Shown here: one piece after another, positions 23,201-35,019 of the stretch | How positions within the stretch are numbered: position 1 is the first letter of the stretch | Layout of the letters: every line of letters begins with the position of its first letter | Assembly: GCA_001179505.1 (NCBI GenBank) | Contig: CDMY01000328.1 | Coordinates: 1-64,000, forward strand | DNA length: 64,000 nucleotides | Direction: 5' to 3' | Origin: Vitrella brassicaformis CCMP3155 | Taxonomy: Eukaryota > Protista > Chromerida | Position numbers and translations under genes: made by a program | Notes under the pieces: model-generated | Databases searched by the model: none | What the model saw: only the letters and a program-made list of their open reading frames with translations | Told to the model about the DNA's origin: nothing

Positions 23201-25416
23201 ACTCGGCGCAGACAGACCAGGGCGCTTCCTTGCTCACTTGTAGACGTATTTCTCGAGCGTCTCGTTCTTGGGCTGGCCCTGCAGCAGAGCCTCGTGGTAG
23301 TCACGTGTCGCCTGCACACATACACACCACATCGACCGACCGACAAACCGACACGCATGAGTGTCTCGAGCATGTCTCGACGATGGAGAATGAATGAATC
23401 GCGTCAGCTGACTGACCATGAGTCGGGACCGCACATGGACGAGCACATGGCGGTAGACCTCCTTCTCGGGCACCTGGCTGGTAAACGACCTGCACCACCC
23501 ACACACCACACATAGCCACATAATCCATGCATCGCATCAATCGGTGTACCGGCGCGTCATGCAGGGGAGTGGGTCGTCGTCGGTTGCTTACTTGAATCTG
23601 AGTGAGGGTTTCTTGTTCCTGGCTCCGAGCCCGTCGAGGGGAGGGAGGTTGACCAGGTAGTGCCACAACTCCTTGTCGCAGTAGTGCAATGGTACGTCGT
23701 GCAGAAGCTGCTCTACCTGACCACAGTCACGCACACAGGAATGAGCACACACAGGACAGCAACACGCAGGTACATCCAGGAACTCGATGGCCTCGCTGAC
23801 AGGCTCACCTCGTTGAGGTACAGGTTACATGCGCGGACTTTGTTCATGAGGACCACGTTCATCGTCACGTCAGCTGTCACAAACGGGTTGCCGTCGCGAT
23901 CGCCCCCAGCCCACGAGGAGAACAAAAACGGACTGACGGAACCAGACAACAAGGAATGGATGGATCTACCGCCGTGCCGTGCGGTGCTTGGTCACCGAGC
24001 GGTGAAGGGTATCGGCGGCTGCCCAATCTTCTGCAGGTGGCTGTCAACGATGCGCAAAAATCTGCACCACACAACGACAACAACACCATATGCGGCAGGT
24101 CGACGTCCGGGTGCCTGTCCCTCCCTCCCTCCCTCCCTCCCTCCCTCCCCACCTTGGCATTTCCTCCCACAGGGTGTCCTCGACGATGTTGACTATCTGC
24201 TGGGCCTCATCGGACGGCGAGGGCTTCACGCGGCGCACCTCGTCTGTGCGCCACAGAGTCGCCAAGGCGCGCTTAGTCATCTCGCGACACTGATTGGTTG
24301 ACGGGGGGGCACACAGCAAGGCGGCAGATTGGTGTGTATCGAGTGCATGGGGAGGAATGCTCTGCGCACCTCAGTCCACTCGAATGGCGTGATGTCTGGA
24401 CGGTCGAGCTTGATGATGACGTCGGCGATGCGACGCAAATTGCGGAGGATCGACATGCGGACGGCCTGGGCAGACAGACAGACAGACAAAGCACACACAA
24501 TAGCCCAGAGATTCACGCGTGCAGCGGCTGTGTTTGTTGGGTGGATGTCGTCAGCTATTCGTCCCCACCTGTGTGGGATGAGCTGTGAAGACCATTTCGA
24601 TGGTCTGCTCGCAAAGCCCCTTGTAGATCTGCTCGGGCGTGAAGCCCAGCTTCTGCGACATCAAACGAGGCACCACAAGTGCAACACTCTCCCTCCCTCC
24701 CTCCCTCCCTCATTGGCTGACAAGTAGGTTTTCGAAAGTGCCCTCGATGGTCTGGTCTGCAGCCTGGTAGTAGTGGCTCTCGTGCTCTCTGACATACACA
24801 CATGACAACCGCACGCCACACACACCTACGTGCTGAGCACACCGGTTTGTTTGCCTACCGGTCGAATGCGCGTCTGCGTCTGATCCTGTGTGCGGCTTCG
24901 GCATAGTTGGCTGCACCAACAGCACCACGGGCGAGGCGCATGCGTGTGTGGCTGTGTGTGTTGGGTGCGGTGCCCACCGAGGTTGCACATGTGGCTGAAA
25001 ACGGACGCGATGCAGACGAGCTGTTTGTCTGAGAGAGTGAGGATGAACTTGCCCAGCTTCTCGAAATCCTCCTCCTTCTGGCTGTTGTTGAAGTCCTCAG
25101 ACAGGCGCCACACCTAGGTAGGGACACACAACACAAACCAAAGCACGCAGCACAGACCCAGACACAGATCGATGCAATGCATCCCTGCCTGCCTGCCCCC
25201 CTGTTGACAGATGGACTGACCTCCATGATAGCCTTGAAGCTCTGTGGGTCGACGTACTTGCCAACCACGTCCATGAGCTGCTTCCTGTGAGGACACAGAC
25301 ACGACATACCGACACAGAACACACACATTCAGACAGACAGAGATGCCACAGCACACCGCCAACACGCAAACCGCCCTTCTCTCCTCCGAGCTTTTCCTCT
25401 CTGTCTGTCTGCCTAG

Positions 25417-25451
<35 letters not shown>

Positions 25452-25811
25452 CATGTCTGCCTGCCTGTCTGTCTGTCTGTCTGTCTGTCTGTGGATCATC
25501 CCCCCGCACCACTACACCACACAGCCCCCACCAGCCGCCACCCAGACCCACTTGATCTCGTGTATGTCCTCGATGAGTGGCGTTATGAATTCGATGTGGT
25601 GCAGATCGCTCGCGAGATGGTCAACGGCGTCAGCCTGCCAGGAGCCCAGGCGTGACTTCCAGGTCCCCTCGACGCCATCCATCTCCCTCGACATGGCTCG
25701 GGGCGGCGGCACGGGGATGATCTCCGACGAGCTGCTGGTGGAGTAGGCTGGCGAGATGGTGTGATTGAGCTTCGAGAGGGGCGACAGCTGGCGCTGGAAG
25801 CCCGTGCTCAT
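20249..25811 (-). CDS. PPC: Phosphoenolpyruvate carboxylase, many exons
   Basis: Motifs [56 protein letters not shown] and [13 protein letters not shown], with C-terminus IASGIQNTG*. The start is uncertain (ATG 25811 chosen; ORF open to 25943). Confidence 0.97.
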
Positions 25812-26031
25812 CACACACCCTGACGCCCGACGGACAGAATGCGCCAAAGCGCCACAAAGCACCTGCTCTGCTAATTGATCACTGCCCAAAACGCAGATCT
25901 TCCCGTGGGCGATGAGATCTGCGGCAGTTTTGCGAGCTTCCACTCCGATCGCGAAAGGTCTGAACCCTGAGTCGGTGGCAATCCATAACTATCCCTCAAC
26001 GCACACAGAGTTCCCTCCCCTATGTTGGCTG

Positions 26032-26631
26032 ATGGCAAGTTCTCCACCGGTGTCTGCTCCCGGAGCCGACGGGCAAACACAGGTGACAGCACGGAAAGGG
26101 AATAGTCAGCGTCTGGAGGAGTTGTGTTTGTTGCTCTTCAGGCGTCGAGCAGGTCTTCGGTGCCCGACTCTGGACAGAGTAAGACGACGCGCACACACAC
26201 ACGCACGCACGGGCAATACGTCTGCCTGTCTGTCTGTCTGTCTGTCTTCGGTTTGCATCTGACCCTCTCCACCTCCGCTAATCAGCTGCCACACATCATG
26301 ACGCAAGCGACTTCGAGACTCACTTAGAGAAGACAGATGTATGTGCCATCTGGCAGGCCCGCACGTCGCGTGTATGTATGTGTGTGTGAGTGTGTGTGTG
26401 TGTATGTGTATGTGTGTGCATCGGTGGCAGGCGCTGCTTCGTCGTAACGAAGAATATCTCATCGCCCTCGACGAATCGCAAGACCGATTTGCCCAGTGGG
26501 TGCTCGACGGATTCGATCACCAGTCTCAGTGTGTGTATGTGTGTGCGTGTTCGTGTGTCTAGGAGCTCTCTCGGCCGCGTACTGAGGTTCCTCTCAATAT
26601 GGGAGCCCCATTACACCGGGGCTTTGGCTAG
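26032..26631 (+). CDS. Small hypothetical protein (about 100 aa), 5 short exons, coiled-coil-like middle
   Basis: Four GT-AG introns splice in frame to give MASSPPVSAPGADGQTQ|ASSRSSVPDSGQ|TATHHDASDFETHLEKTD|ALLRRNEEYLIALDESQDRFAQWVLDGFDHQSQ|ELSRPRTEVPLNMGAPLHRGFG*. Confidence 0.55.
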
Positions 26632-27340
26632 GTCCCGCTGTCGCGAAGACCAGCCGTGCAGGCACAAGACCTGTAGGGCGTGTCGAGGTGAGGTGCCTTA
26701 CAGTCGAGTACCGACGAGCCATGCGGGCGCGGACACAAGGCAGCAGAGTGATGAGCAGGGTGTGACAGACGAGCGAGAACAAGGTCTCCGTGCTCGACTG
26801 ATGCGCGAGGACAAGTGAGTAATCAACGCTCCAACGTGCTTCGTTTTTTACGGAGTGCCGGGTCAGCCCTGCTCAAGAGAGACAGGCAGGCAGTGGATCG
26901 GGGAGGGCGGGAGGGCGAGTGAGTACAGTGAGTGCCCCTAGCCGGCCGGCCGGACAGGACAGCTCAGTCCGGGCATTTATTGGCCTGGGGAGTGGGACTG
27001 ACGACTGACTGACTCATACATATCCGTCTGGGTGTCAACCTTCATATCATCGACGATACGGCTTGTCCATCCTCTAACTTAGAGCGACGTGTACAATGAT
27101 TGTCGGCCCATGACCCACCCCTTTCAGTCTTGCCCACTAGGCGCCGCACATGCGAGCAACCCGTGGGCAATTGCATACATACATGTGTGGTGGGCAAAGG
27201 AAAATCCGACACACATCCACGTAGATAGAGACGACTCACACGATGTAGCTTGATCGGGACTTATTAAAGTGGATCCAATCAACTGAATGCACTCACTCAT
27301 CCATTCATGAGAAGATATCGGGGGCGGGGGGGGGGGGGGG

Positions 27341-27640
27341 NNNNNNNNNNNNNNNNNNNNNNNNNNNNNNNNNNNNNNNNNNNNNNNNNNNNNNNNNNNN
27401 NNNNNNNNNNNNNNNNNNNNNNNNNNNNNNNNNNNNNNNNNNNNNNNNNNNNNNNNNNNNNNNNNNNNNNNNNNNNNNNNNNNNNNNNNNNNNNNNNNNN
27501 NNNNNNNNNNNNNNNNNNNNNNNNNNNNNNNNNNNNNNNNNNNNNNNNNNNNNNNNNNNNNNNNNNNNNNNNNNNNNNNNNNNNNNNNNNNNNNNNNNNN
27601 NNNNNNNNNNNNNNNNNNNNNNNNNNNNNNNNNNNNNNNN
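27341..27640. other. Assembly gap (300 N) flanked by long poly-G
   Basis: Run of N directly visible. Confidence 1.
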
Positions 27641-27719
27641 GGGGGGGGGGGGGGGGGGGGGGGGGGGGAGTCTCACCGAAAGCTCGCGATTGCCCCCCCG
27701 TCTCGCCGGTTGTGGTGAG

Positions 27720-28808
27720 ATGATTCGCTGCTTGCTTGGGTTGCTTGCCACTATTGCAGTGGTGAAGGGCGAAGTTCTGAACCCAAAAGAAGAAGGTCTT
27801 CATGTATACCACCTCCTTGGCCCTCCGACGCCAGGCTGCACACCTCAAGCGCAACACTGCAGCTTGTATCCCGGTACGTAGCAGGAGACAGCGCACTTTT
27901 TACTCTCCTCATTGATCATGGACAGAGGACGCCACCGTGGCTGTCTCGTCCAATGTCTCAACGTCCTCACTGCAGCCTCAAGATAGGTTTGCTTTGCTGG
28001 AGCAGCGGACTCGGATCCGCAACACGGTGTAAGGGCGCGCTCACAACTCAGTGACACCTAGTCCTGCGTGTCTCCTTCCATGTTCAATGGTATCAGATGG
28101 AACAGCATGTTCGATGCACAGCACTTCGTCACCTACATCGACAAGCTGAGCTTTTCACCCCTCTTGACGCCGCTTGATGACGAATTCATCCTCAAGGTAC
28201 GGGTGGGTACGCGTGGAGGGGGAAGGAGGGAGTCATTATAAGTCAGTCAGTGCATATACGCTGACTGACTTCTCCAGATGATGGAGCTCACCCGCGACTT
28301 GTCTGGCGATCCTCGAGCCTATTGGGCGCAAATGGAGGAAGAGTGGGCGCAGCGCAGCAAAGATTGGGACATAGAAGAGAAGAAGGAGAACGAGACGCCC
28401 TTATCCATTCGAGCGCAACAGCTGCAGGATTCCTGCCGTGCGTTTGTGGACCGACTCATTCCTCTCGGCGACTCAGACCTCACCAAGAGAATGTCGACAC
28501 GCATTCCTCGCGGTAACTCAGAGAGTGCCAATACGCTGGGAAGCTTAAACCCTCTGTCGAGAGAATTCAAGGAGCAGGTCGACACAGTACTCACGGTAAG
28601 GAGGAAGTATGTCGTTAATGGCATTGTCCCAGGGATGGCATCGCGCGAAGGGCTGCATTTCTATGTCTTCGCGAAGACGTTGCCCATTTTCTCTCAAGCC
28701 ACCGAGATGCAAAGGTCGTGGCGAAAGATGGCCAAGGCGATTGTCAACATCTATACTGGAAACTCGGTCAACGGTGCCATGTATAGCGAGGTGAGAAAGG
28801 AGGATTGA
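27720..28808 (+). CDS. Hypothetical secreted protein, 4 exons
   Basis: Signal-peptide-like MIRCLLGLLATIAVVKG. In-frame junctions YP|EDATVAVS...RNTV|WNSMFDAQHF...FILK|MMELTRDLSG...SEVRKED*. Confidence 0.65.
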
Positions 28809-29028
28809 ATGGTTGCAGGCGCACTTGTTTTTGCCTCACTACAATCTCTCACCTGCCTCTCTCTTGATGTCTGTTGCGCGGTGGACCGCAACGACCGTTT
28901 TCTCGACCTCTCTTGCTCCCCGCTAGTGATCGATCGTACGAGACACGGGTCGTTCTGCAGGCACACAAGCACCGAAAGGGAATCGTGTGATGGGGCCTGA
29001 CTGTCTTTCCATTGGAATCCCCCGAAAG

Positions 29029-29150
29029 TACCCCGCAACGAGTGCTGCGCTTACCCCGCAACGAGTGCTGCGCTTACCCCGGAACGAGTGCTGCGCTTAC
29101 CTCGCAACGAGTGCTGCGCTTACCCCCGAACGAGTGTTGCGCTTACCCCG
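29029..29150. repeat. Minisatellite, 23-bp unit (TACCCCGCAACGAGTGCTGCGCT) x5.3
   Basis: Head-to-tail copies with 0-3 substitutions each and no spacers. Confidence 0.95.
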
Positions 29151-31057
29151 ATCTTCATCTACCTGTGATGTGTGGTCATCCCCGTTGCCCGTGTGTGACT
29201 GTAGTGTGCTGGCATGAAGTGATGCCGCAACCAAATCGCTTCCCCGTCCTCCTGCTCACCGGTGCACCTTCCCCCATTGCATTGGTACCACCCAGGCATC
29301 CGTCTCCCGGGAACCAACCCGAGAATCGACCTGAAAGGGAGAACACACGTTGACTGCCACTTGACTGCCTCACCCTCAAGCCGTGAGGATCCCCCTCTCT
29401 CTCGATATCGAATCGTATGGACGAGGAGAAGCAGGAAGCGAGTATGATGGTGAAGGAGGAGGCCAAGCCCTCGTCATCCAACAGCATTCAAGATGGCAGC
29501 GGAGCCCCCATCGGCATGCTGAGCTCCCCTTGGCATGCTGAAGGGCCGCCCCGCCTGCTCGGACTCTGGTCGTCATCCTGTGCCAGGCTTGGTTGCTGAA
29601 GAGCTCGGTAGTTAGCCTTACATGGAAGGCAAGGCTGATGTACATGCCCCCATTTCCCCCAACGGCCCGGATCATCCTAGCTTGAGACGGCTTCTTGGCC
29701 ATTGTGTTGTGCGGGCTTAGCCTGCTAGCTTAGCGCACTGGTTTTCACACAAAATCCCAAATCGGACCTTCAAAGTCCTTTCGTTGCAGACCTTTCGTTG
29801 GTTCTGCTGGCCTTAATGGTCCTGGTTCCCTCCGTTAGGAGATGGTTTGCGTCAAGCCTCGGCTGACAAGATAGGAGCCTCTTCGTCCTCGGCGGCAAGA
29901 GTTCTCCTTGGTCCGTCCCTCTGCGGGAAGTCTTCGTTGGTGATTGTGCCTCCTACGACCGGTGCACAGGTCAGTTTGCTACCTACGCAGATAGGATGCA
30001 GGCAGGAGCACAGATCTCTCAACGCTCACGCACGACACGGCCACCCGGTGCCAAATGCAGTCCATGACGTCACACGCGGTTCCAGATACCGCAGATCTAT
30101 CGCATATATGGCTTCCCCCGACCACCCGATGCATCGCACGTGGCATCCCGGCCACTTTTACCCGTCGCACGCGGCAGCCCGGCCGCCATCCATGTCGCAG
30201 AGCCTGTGGCTCATCATATCGCATCCCCTGTCGCACGCGGTGTCGCCCGCCCGTCGCACACGGCCAGAGGCCGCTTTTGCTTTGTGTCTCACGGCTCTGA
30301 CCGTGCCGTCCGTATTCGGACCCGAATGTGTCTGCCCCGACCAGATCTCGCTTGTTTCCCGACCCCCCGACAGCCCTTGAGGCTTCCCGACATGAGATCT
30401 GGTCCTCCCGACATCACACTTGACCTCCCGTCATCGCATTTTGCCCAGATCTGGCCATCCTGACGTTTTCTATGGCCCTTGCGGCCAGATTTCGGCCACT
30501 GATGGCCTTCCCGACACACATCGCATACCCCCGATGGCCATTCTGGCCTTCTCAACCGCCCGCCAACAGGTCCGTCGCACCATTCCCCCCTCATCCCTGA
30601 TGGGTCCCGCTGGCTGGCTTCTCTTGGTTTCTGCGTGTATTGCTCATTGTATATGGCGAGGGATGAGAGATGCGTCCGACGGCCCGCGTATACCTTCGCT
30701 TCTCTTCCTGCCTGGTCTGTCTGTGTGCCTCAGATCTCGCTGTCTGCCCCGTTCGTCTGGCTCCCGTCTGCCCCGTTGATTCGGGCTTTCTGACACGCGA
30801 AGGTACGCGCGCGGAACACGGGGTGGGTGGGGGTGGACTGGATGCTGCTGCAATAGCCCTCTATGGGTCGCTCGCTCCACCTTCCTCCCCATGCCGACAC
30901 CATGTCGGGCCGCTCCGCAACGAACTCAAGGCCCCCGCCCCCCCCCTCCCCCCTCCACGAATGGTGAATGAAAAGCAAGGTCGATGACACCAAATCACAG
31001 ACAGCAGCAGGCTGATGGACAGGTAGATAACACACGACTTTGGATGGTGTCTACGAT

Positions 31058-33424
31058 TTACCTGGCGAGCTCGTTGGGGTACGTCCGTACTGACTGCACC
31101 GACACCACATACGGAGAAAAGCTATATGTGGTAGTGCACGCTTTCGATGTCTCACCATCCAGCGCCAAAGAGAAGCGCATGATGTACGCGTCTTGTTTCT
31201 CAGGTGACGGTCGATCAACTGCAGTGGATTGGATGGAGGACTCACACAGACACACAGACAGACAGACAGACAGAGAGATTGATGGCATGTACATGCGTAT
31301 CCTTACAAACCTCCTGCACACATGTAGGAGGCCCATACACACCATGGTGACGAACATTTGTGACTTGTATGGGTTGGTACCGTTGTTACGGTGTCGACTT
31401 GGCCATTGATGTTGTCGATCAGCTGGCGAATATCGCTCTTCTCCTGCGAAACTCCTGCATACATACACACATAAACATGCTCGTGTCTGCGAGTGAATGG
31501 GTCCCCGTGCGGGTTCAAGTTGGGGTAGTCGGCGGCCCTCCACATCAGCGGCTTCGTGACAACCTTTCCCTACGCAGCACACAAAACACGCTAAGGCGCA
31601 TTCGCGTTTCTCCTTTCGTCACCTCCCTGTGTGGTCGTTTGTGTGTTGCCTTTGGGAATGGCCGCCTTGATCTGCACCCCCCTCCCCCCNNNNNNNNNNN
31701 NNNNNNNNNNNNNNNNNNNNNNNNNNNNNNNNNNNNNNNNNNNNNNNNNNNNNNNNNNNNNNNNNNNNNNNNNNNNNNNNNNNNNNNNNNNNNNNNNNNN
31801 NNNNNNNNNNNNNNNNNNNNNNNNNNNNNNNNNNNNNNNNNNNNNNNNNNNNNNNNNNNNNNNNNNNNNNNNNNNNNNNNNNNNNNNNNNNNNNNNNNNN
31901 NNNNNNNNNNNNNNNNNNNNNNNNNNNNNNNNNNNNNNNNNNNNNNNNNNNNNNNNNNNNNNNNNNNNNNNNNNNNNNNNNNNNNNNNNCCCCCCCCCCC
32001 CCCCCCCCCACACACAGTGGAAATGCATGCATTGTTGTGTGCTCACCTCTTCCTTGCTGTCCTGGTCACGGAGAAGCGCTGCATGTGCATCAAGCTGAGC
32101 TGAGAGACACGCATGCAGAGCAATTGCCGCCACCTCCCCCACTGTATCCCTCCTCTCCTCTTCTCAGTGGCTTACGTGTTCGTTGACTTATGGAGGCCGG
32201 GAATGACGAAGACAGTGCGTGTCTCTTCATTTCCACCGACGTCGGGATATAAAATGTAGCCAGCGATTTGACACTGCTGATGTCGGCGTCAAGCAGCGGG
32301 CGTCGGATCACGCCGCGGTCAACATTGATGAGATCATACCCACACACACAGAGAGACAGACAGACAGACAGACAGGGCGAGATGGTCTTTCTTTATGTGG
32401 GCTCTAAGTCTCTAAGTGTGTGTGTGTTTGGGGTGAGAGAGTGCTCACATTAATTAGGTCGGAAGAGCAGTACATATGGCCCCCCAGCAGCGGCCGCATG
32501 AGCTCCGTGAGGGACCCGACGCATCTTGCCGCCATAGTGAGTGCACCTTAACCACAACAGTTAGTCGACACACCACCGCCACCAGAACCATTCGCTCTCA
32601 CAAGACACCAAAGGAGGCAGCTGCTCTGCCACATGGTCATATGTGCTGGTCTTGTGCTGCTGCTGCCGGTGGTAGTGGCGGTTGGGGAGGCGGATAGCCA
32701 TCTACACACACGGGTGTGTGGGGCAGTGGGTGCGGCTGCTGGTGGGGCCGAGGGCTCCGCATAAGCGGCATGGGTGGCTTGGCCTGTTCGGTTTGTATGC
32801 CCACTAAGCTTGCTTACCTTGAGTAGGTGGAGTGTGAGGACACTCTGCCGTCTGGTGCGCACTCGACCGCCACCCCTGCAGACGCCCCATCATGTGGAGA
32901 CGCTGCTTCTCGTGATAACGCTGCTCGCAAAGTGGATGATCAGATCATACCCACACACACACAGACAGACACAAGCGCATGGATCCATGGCATGGATCAA
33001 CCTGACACAACCTGCCTTTCGTATGTATTGTGGTGGGCTGCGCTCTGTGTGTGCGCCTACGTACCTGTGGCCTGTCGCCATTGTAAGAATCACTCCCACT
33101 TGGCCTGACCAACCGCACACGTACACACATCCGACCGTCACATCACATGAACACCATAAGAGACTTCTCGCTCGTCAGTCAGTGTATACGTACCTCCCCG
33201 TGAGCCGCCTCCCACGCCCTGACCTCCTCCCGCAGCTCCTCCGCCAGCTGCCTGGCCTGCTCGGTCTCCCGTCTGGCCGCTGCTGCCCCTCCCGTCTGGC
33301 CGTCTCTCTTAGGCTTCTTACGGGGCTTCTTCTTCTTAGACTGAGGTGGTCCCGCCTTGCCACTTGCTGCTGCCGCCGCCGCAGATGACGACGACGCAGG
33401 GCATCCAGTGTGAGATCTTCCCAT
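31058..33424 (-). CDS. Possible multi-exon hypothetical gene or pseudogene spanning the third gap
   Basis: Exon-like segments MGRSHTG...KKKKPRKKPK...EELREEVRAWEAAHGE|, AQLDAHAALLRDQDSKEE|, GKVVTKPLMWRAADYPNLNPHGDPF and QEKSDIRQLIDNINGQVD. A continuous frame was not fully resolved. Confidence 0.35.
31690..31989. other. Assembly gap (300 N) flanked by poly-C
   Basis: Run of N directly visible. Confidence 1.
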
Positions 33425-35019
33425 TCTGCCGCACAACACAACGCCGGATTGGTTAAATCGGTCAAATCTGGCGATTCTGGCCGTTTTCCCTGTTCTTTCT
33501 CGTCGAACCAAGAAGCTGCATTTCTGAAAAGCAAAGCATTCTGCCAGCAGACAGGGAATCCGACGTGCACGTGAATACCAGACTGAGTGAGGCACTCACT
33601 GACCTTCCAGAAATGTGCGAGAAAAGGAGACGGGATGAAAAGAAGATTTCACCACTTCGTCTGCACACACAGAAATTGCAAGGAGAGGCATATCAGCACA
33701 CCAATGGCAAGAAAGTGCGCCATGCCTTCAACCCAACACATCATCCAGACACCACACCAGCACCACACTGAAGAGACACCGGTTGGGCGGTCTATGCGAG
33801 AAGAAGGTGCGTGCTCACTCGGCAGGCGCCGGGCAGTCACCAGGCGTTCCACAGAAGGCAGGGCACCACCAAACGAGGCCTCGCCCAGGGCACGGCGGTG
33901 GAGGAAAAAAGTGGCGGGTGACATCGGGACGAGTTGGGAGGGGTAGAGGGAGATGAGGCGGACACCACAAGCCAACGAGGATCCGTGGCCGAAACAAGGC
34001 AGAAGAGCCAACATGGAGAAGAATGTGGAAAAATCTGCAGAGGTTCCGCTGAAAATTTTTTGGGGGCGTCTCCGTCTCATCGCGCGAAAATCTCGCCGGT
34101 CGAGATTTCCGTCCAGTACCGTCCAAGGCGCTGATACGCGCTGGAAGACAGACACAGGCTGAAAGGCACAGTGAAGGACGAACAAGCATGAGAGTCCAGC
34201 ATGCTCTGCAGAGGCCATATGCGCGTCGTGTGCGTGTGTACGTCTCTCGCTCGCGAGGGAATGGAGGCAGCTCTCAGCGTGAAGAGCGGGAATCCATCAG
34301 CCACCCACCGTATCGCCGTGCACCGTGACCGACACGCCCGACTCCTCCGCACACAAACGTGACGGTATCGATGGCTGCAGAATGGGACACTGACACCCCT
34401 GGCTGTTGCTCCTGCTGGGGTGGAAGATACAGAGTGATTAGTCCTCACCGGCGCACTGCCGTCATGCAGTAGCTGGCAGCCATTCGATAAGAAGAGAAGA
34501 TGATACTCGTCGACGGCCCCCGTCTCCGTGGGCTTTTGAAAAATCGGCACCGGCATCTCTCAGACTGCCGTCCTCTGGCTCGTCTCCCTGGCGAAAGCAT
34601 ACGGCGGCGACAGCCAGGATGTGCGCCAGGAGCACATCAATGCAAATACTCCCCTTGTCCACCTATTAGAGTGGACAAGCACGCGGGTCAACGTCTGCAG
34701 TGCGGAGTCAGCAGTGCGCCGCCTTCGTCCTCTCTCCTGCCGTCTGCATGCGATACACTTCCTTGCATGCATGGGCCTTGGTGGTTTGCTCTCTCCTCCA
34801 GTGTTCGTGTTTGTCATCTCATTGGCATCGCATCGAATGCAATGCAAACTATTCACACGATAGGCTGCACTCGTCCAGGCCACGGTCTGTACAAGGATCA
34901 CATCAACACGCAGCTAACCTACGCATCACGAGCATCGATGGATGGATCGATGGATTCACCCTCTTCCCTCAAGCTAATGATCGATCATGTCGTGGTGCGG
35001 ATGCCCGACATGATGGCCG

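Noticed and set aside
29029-29150. 23-bp direct repeats as a CRISPR array
   Set aside because: The copies are head-to-tail with no unique spacers, there are no cas genes, and the context is eukaryotic. It is a minisatellite.
32270-32970. Two similar segments ending GATCATACCCACACACAC (about 32330 and 32940) as an exon duplication
   Set aside because: Similarity is short and largely microsatellite-driven, and I could not extend it into a convincing alignment.
33600-34900. Several 100-190 aa ORFs on both strands
   Set aside because: They show no domain motifs, no consistent splice pattern and composition typical of intergenic DNA.
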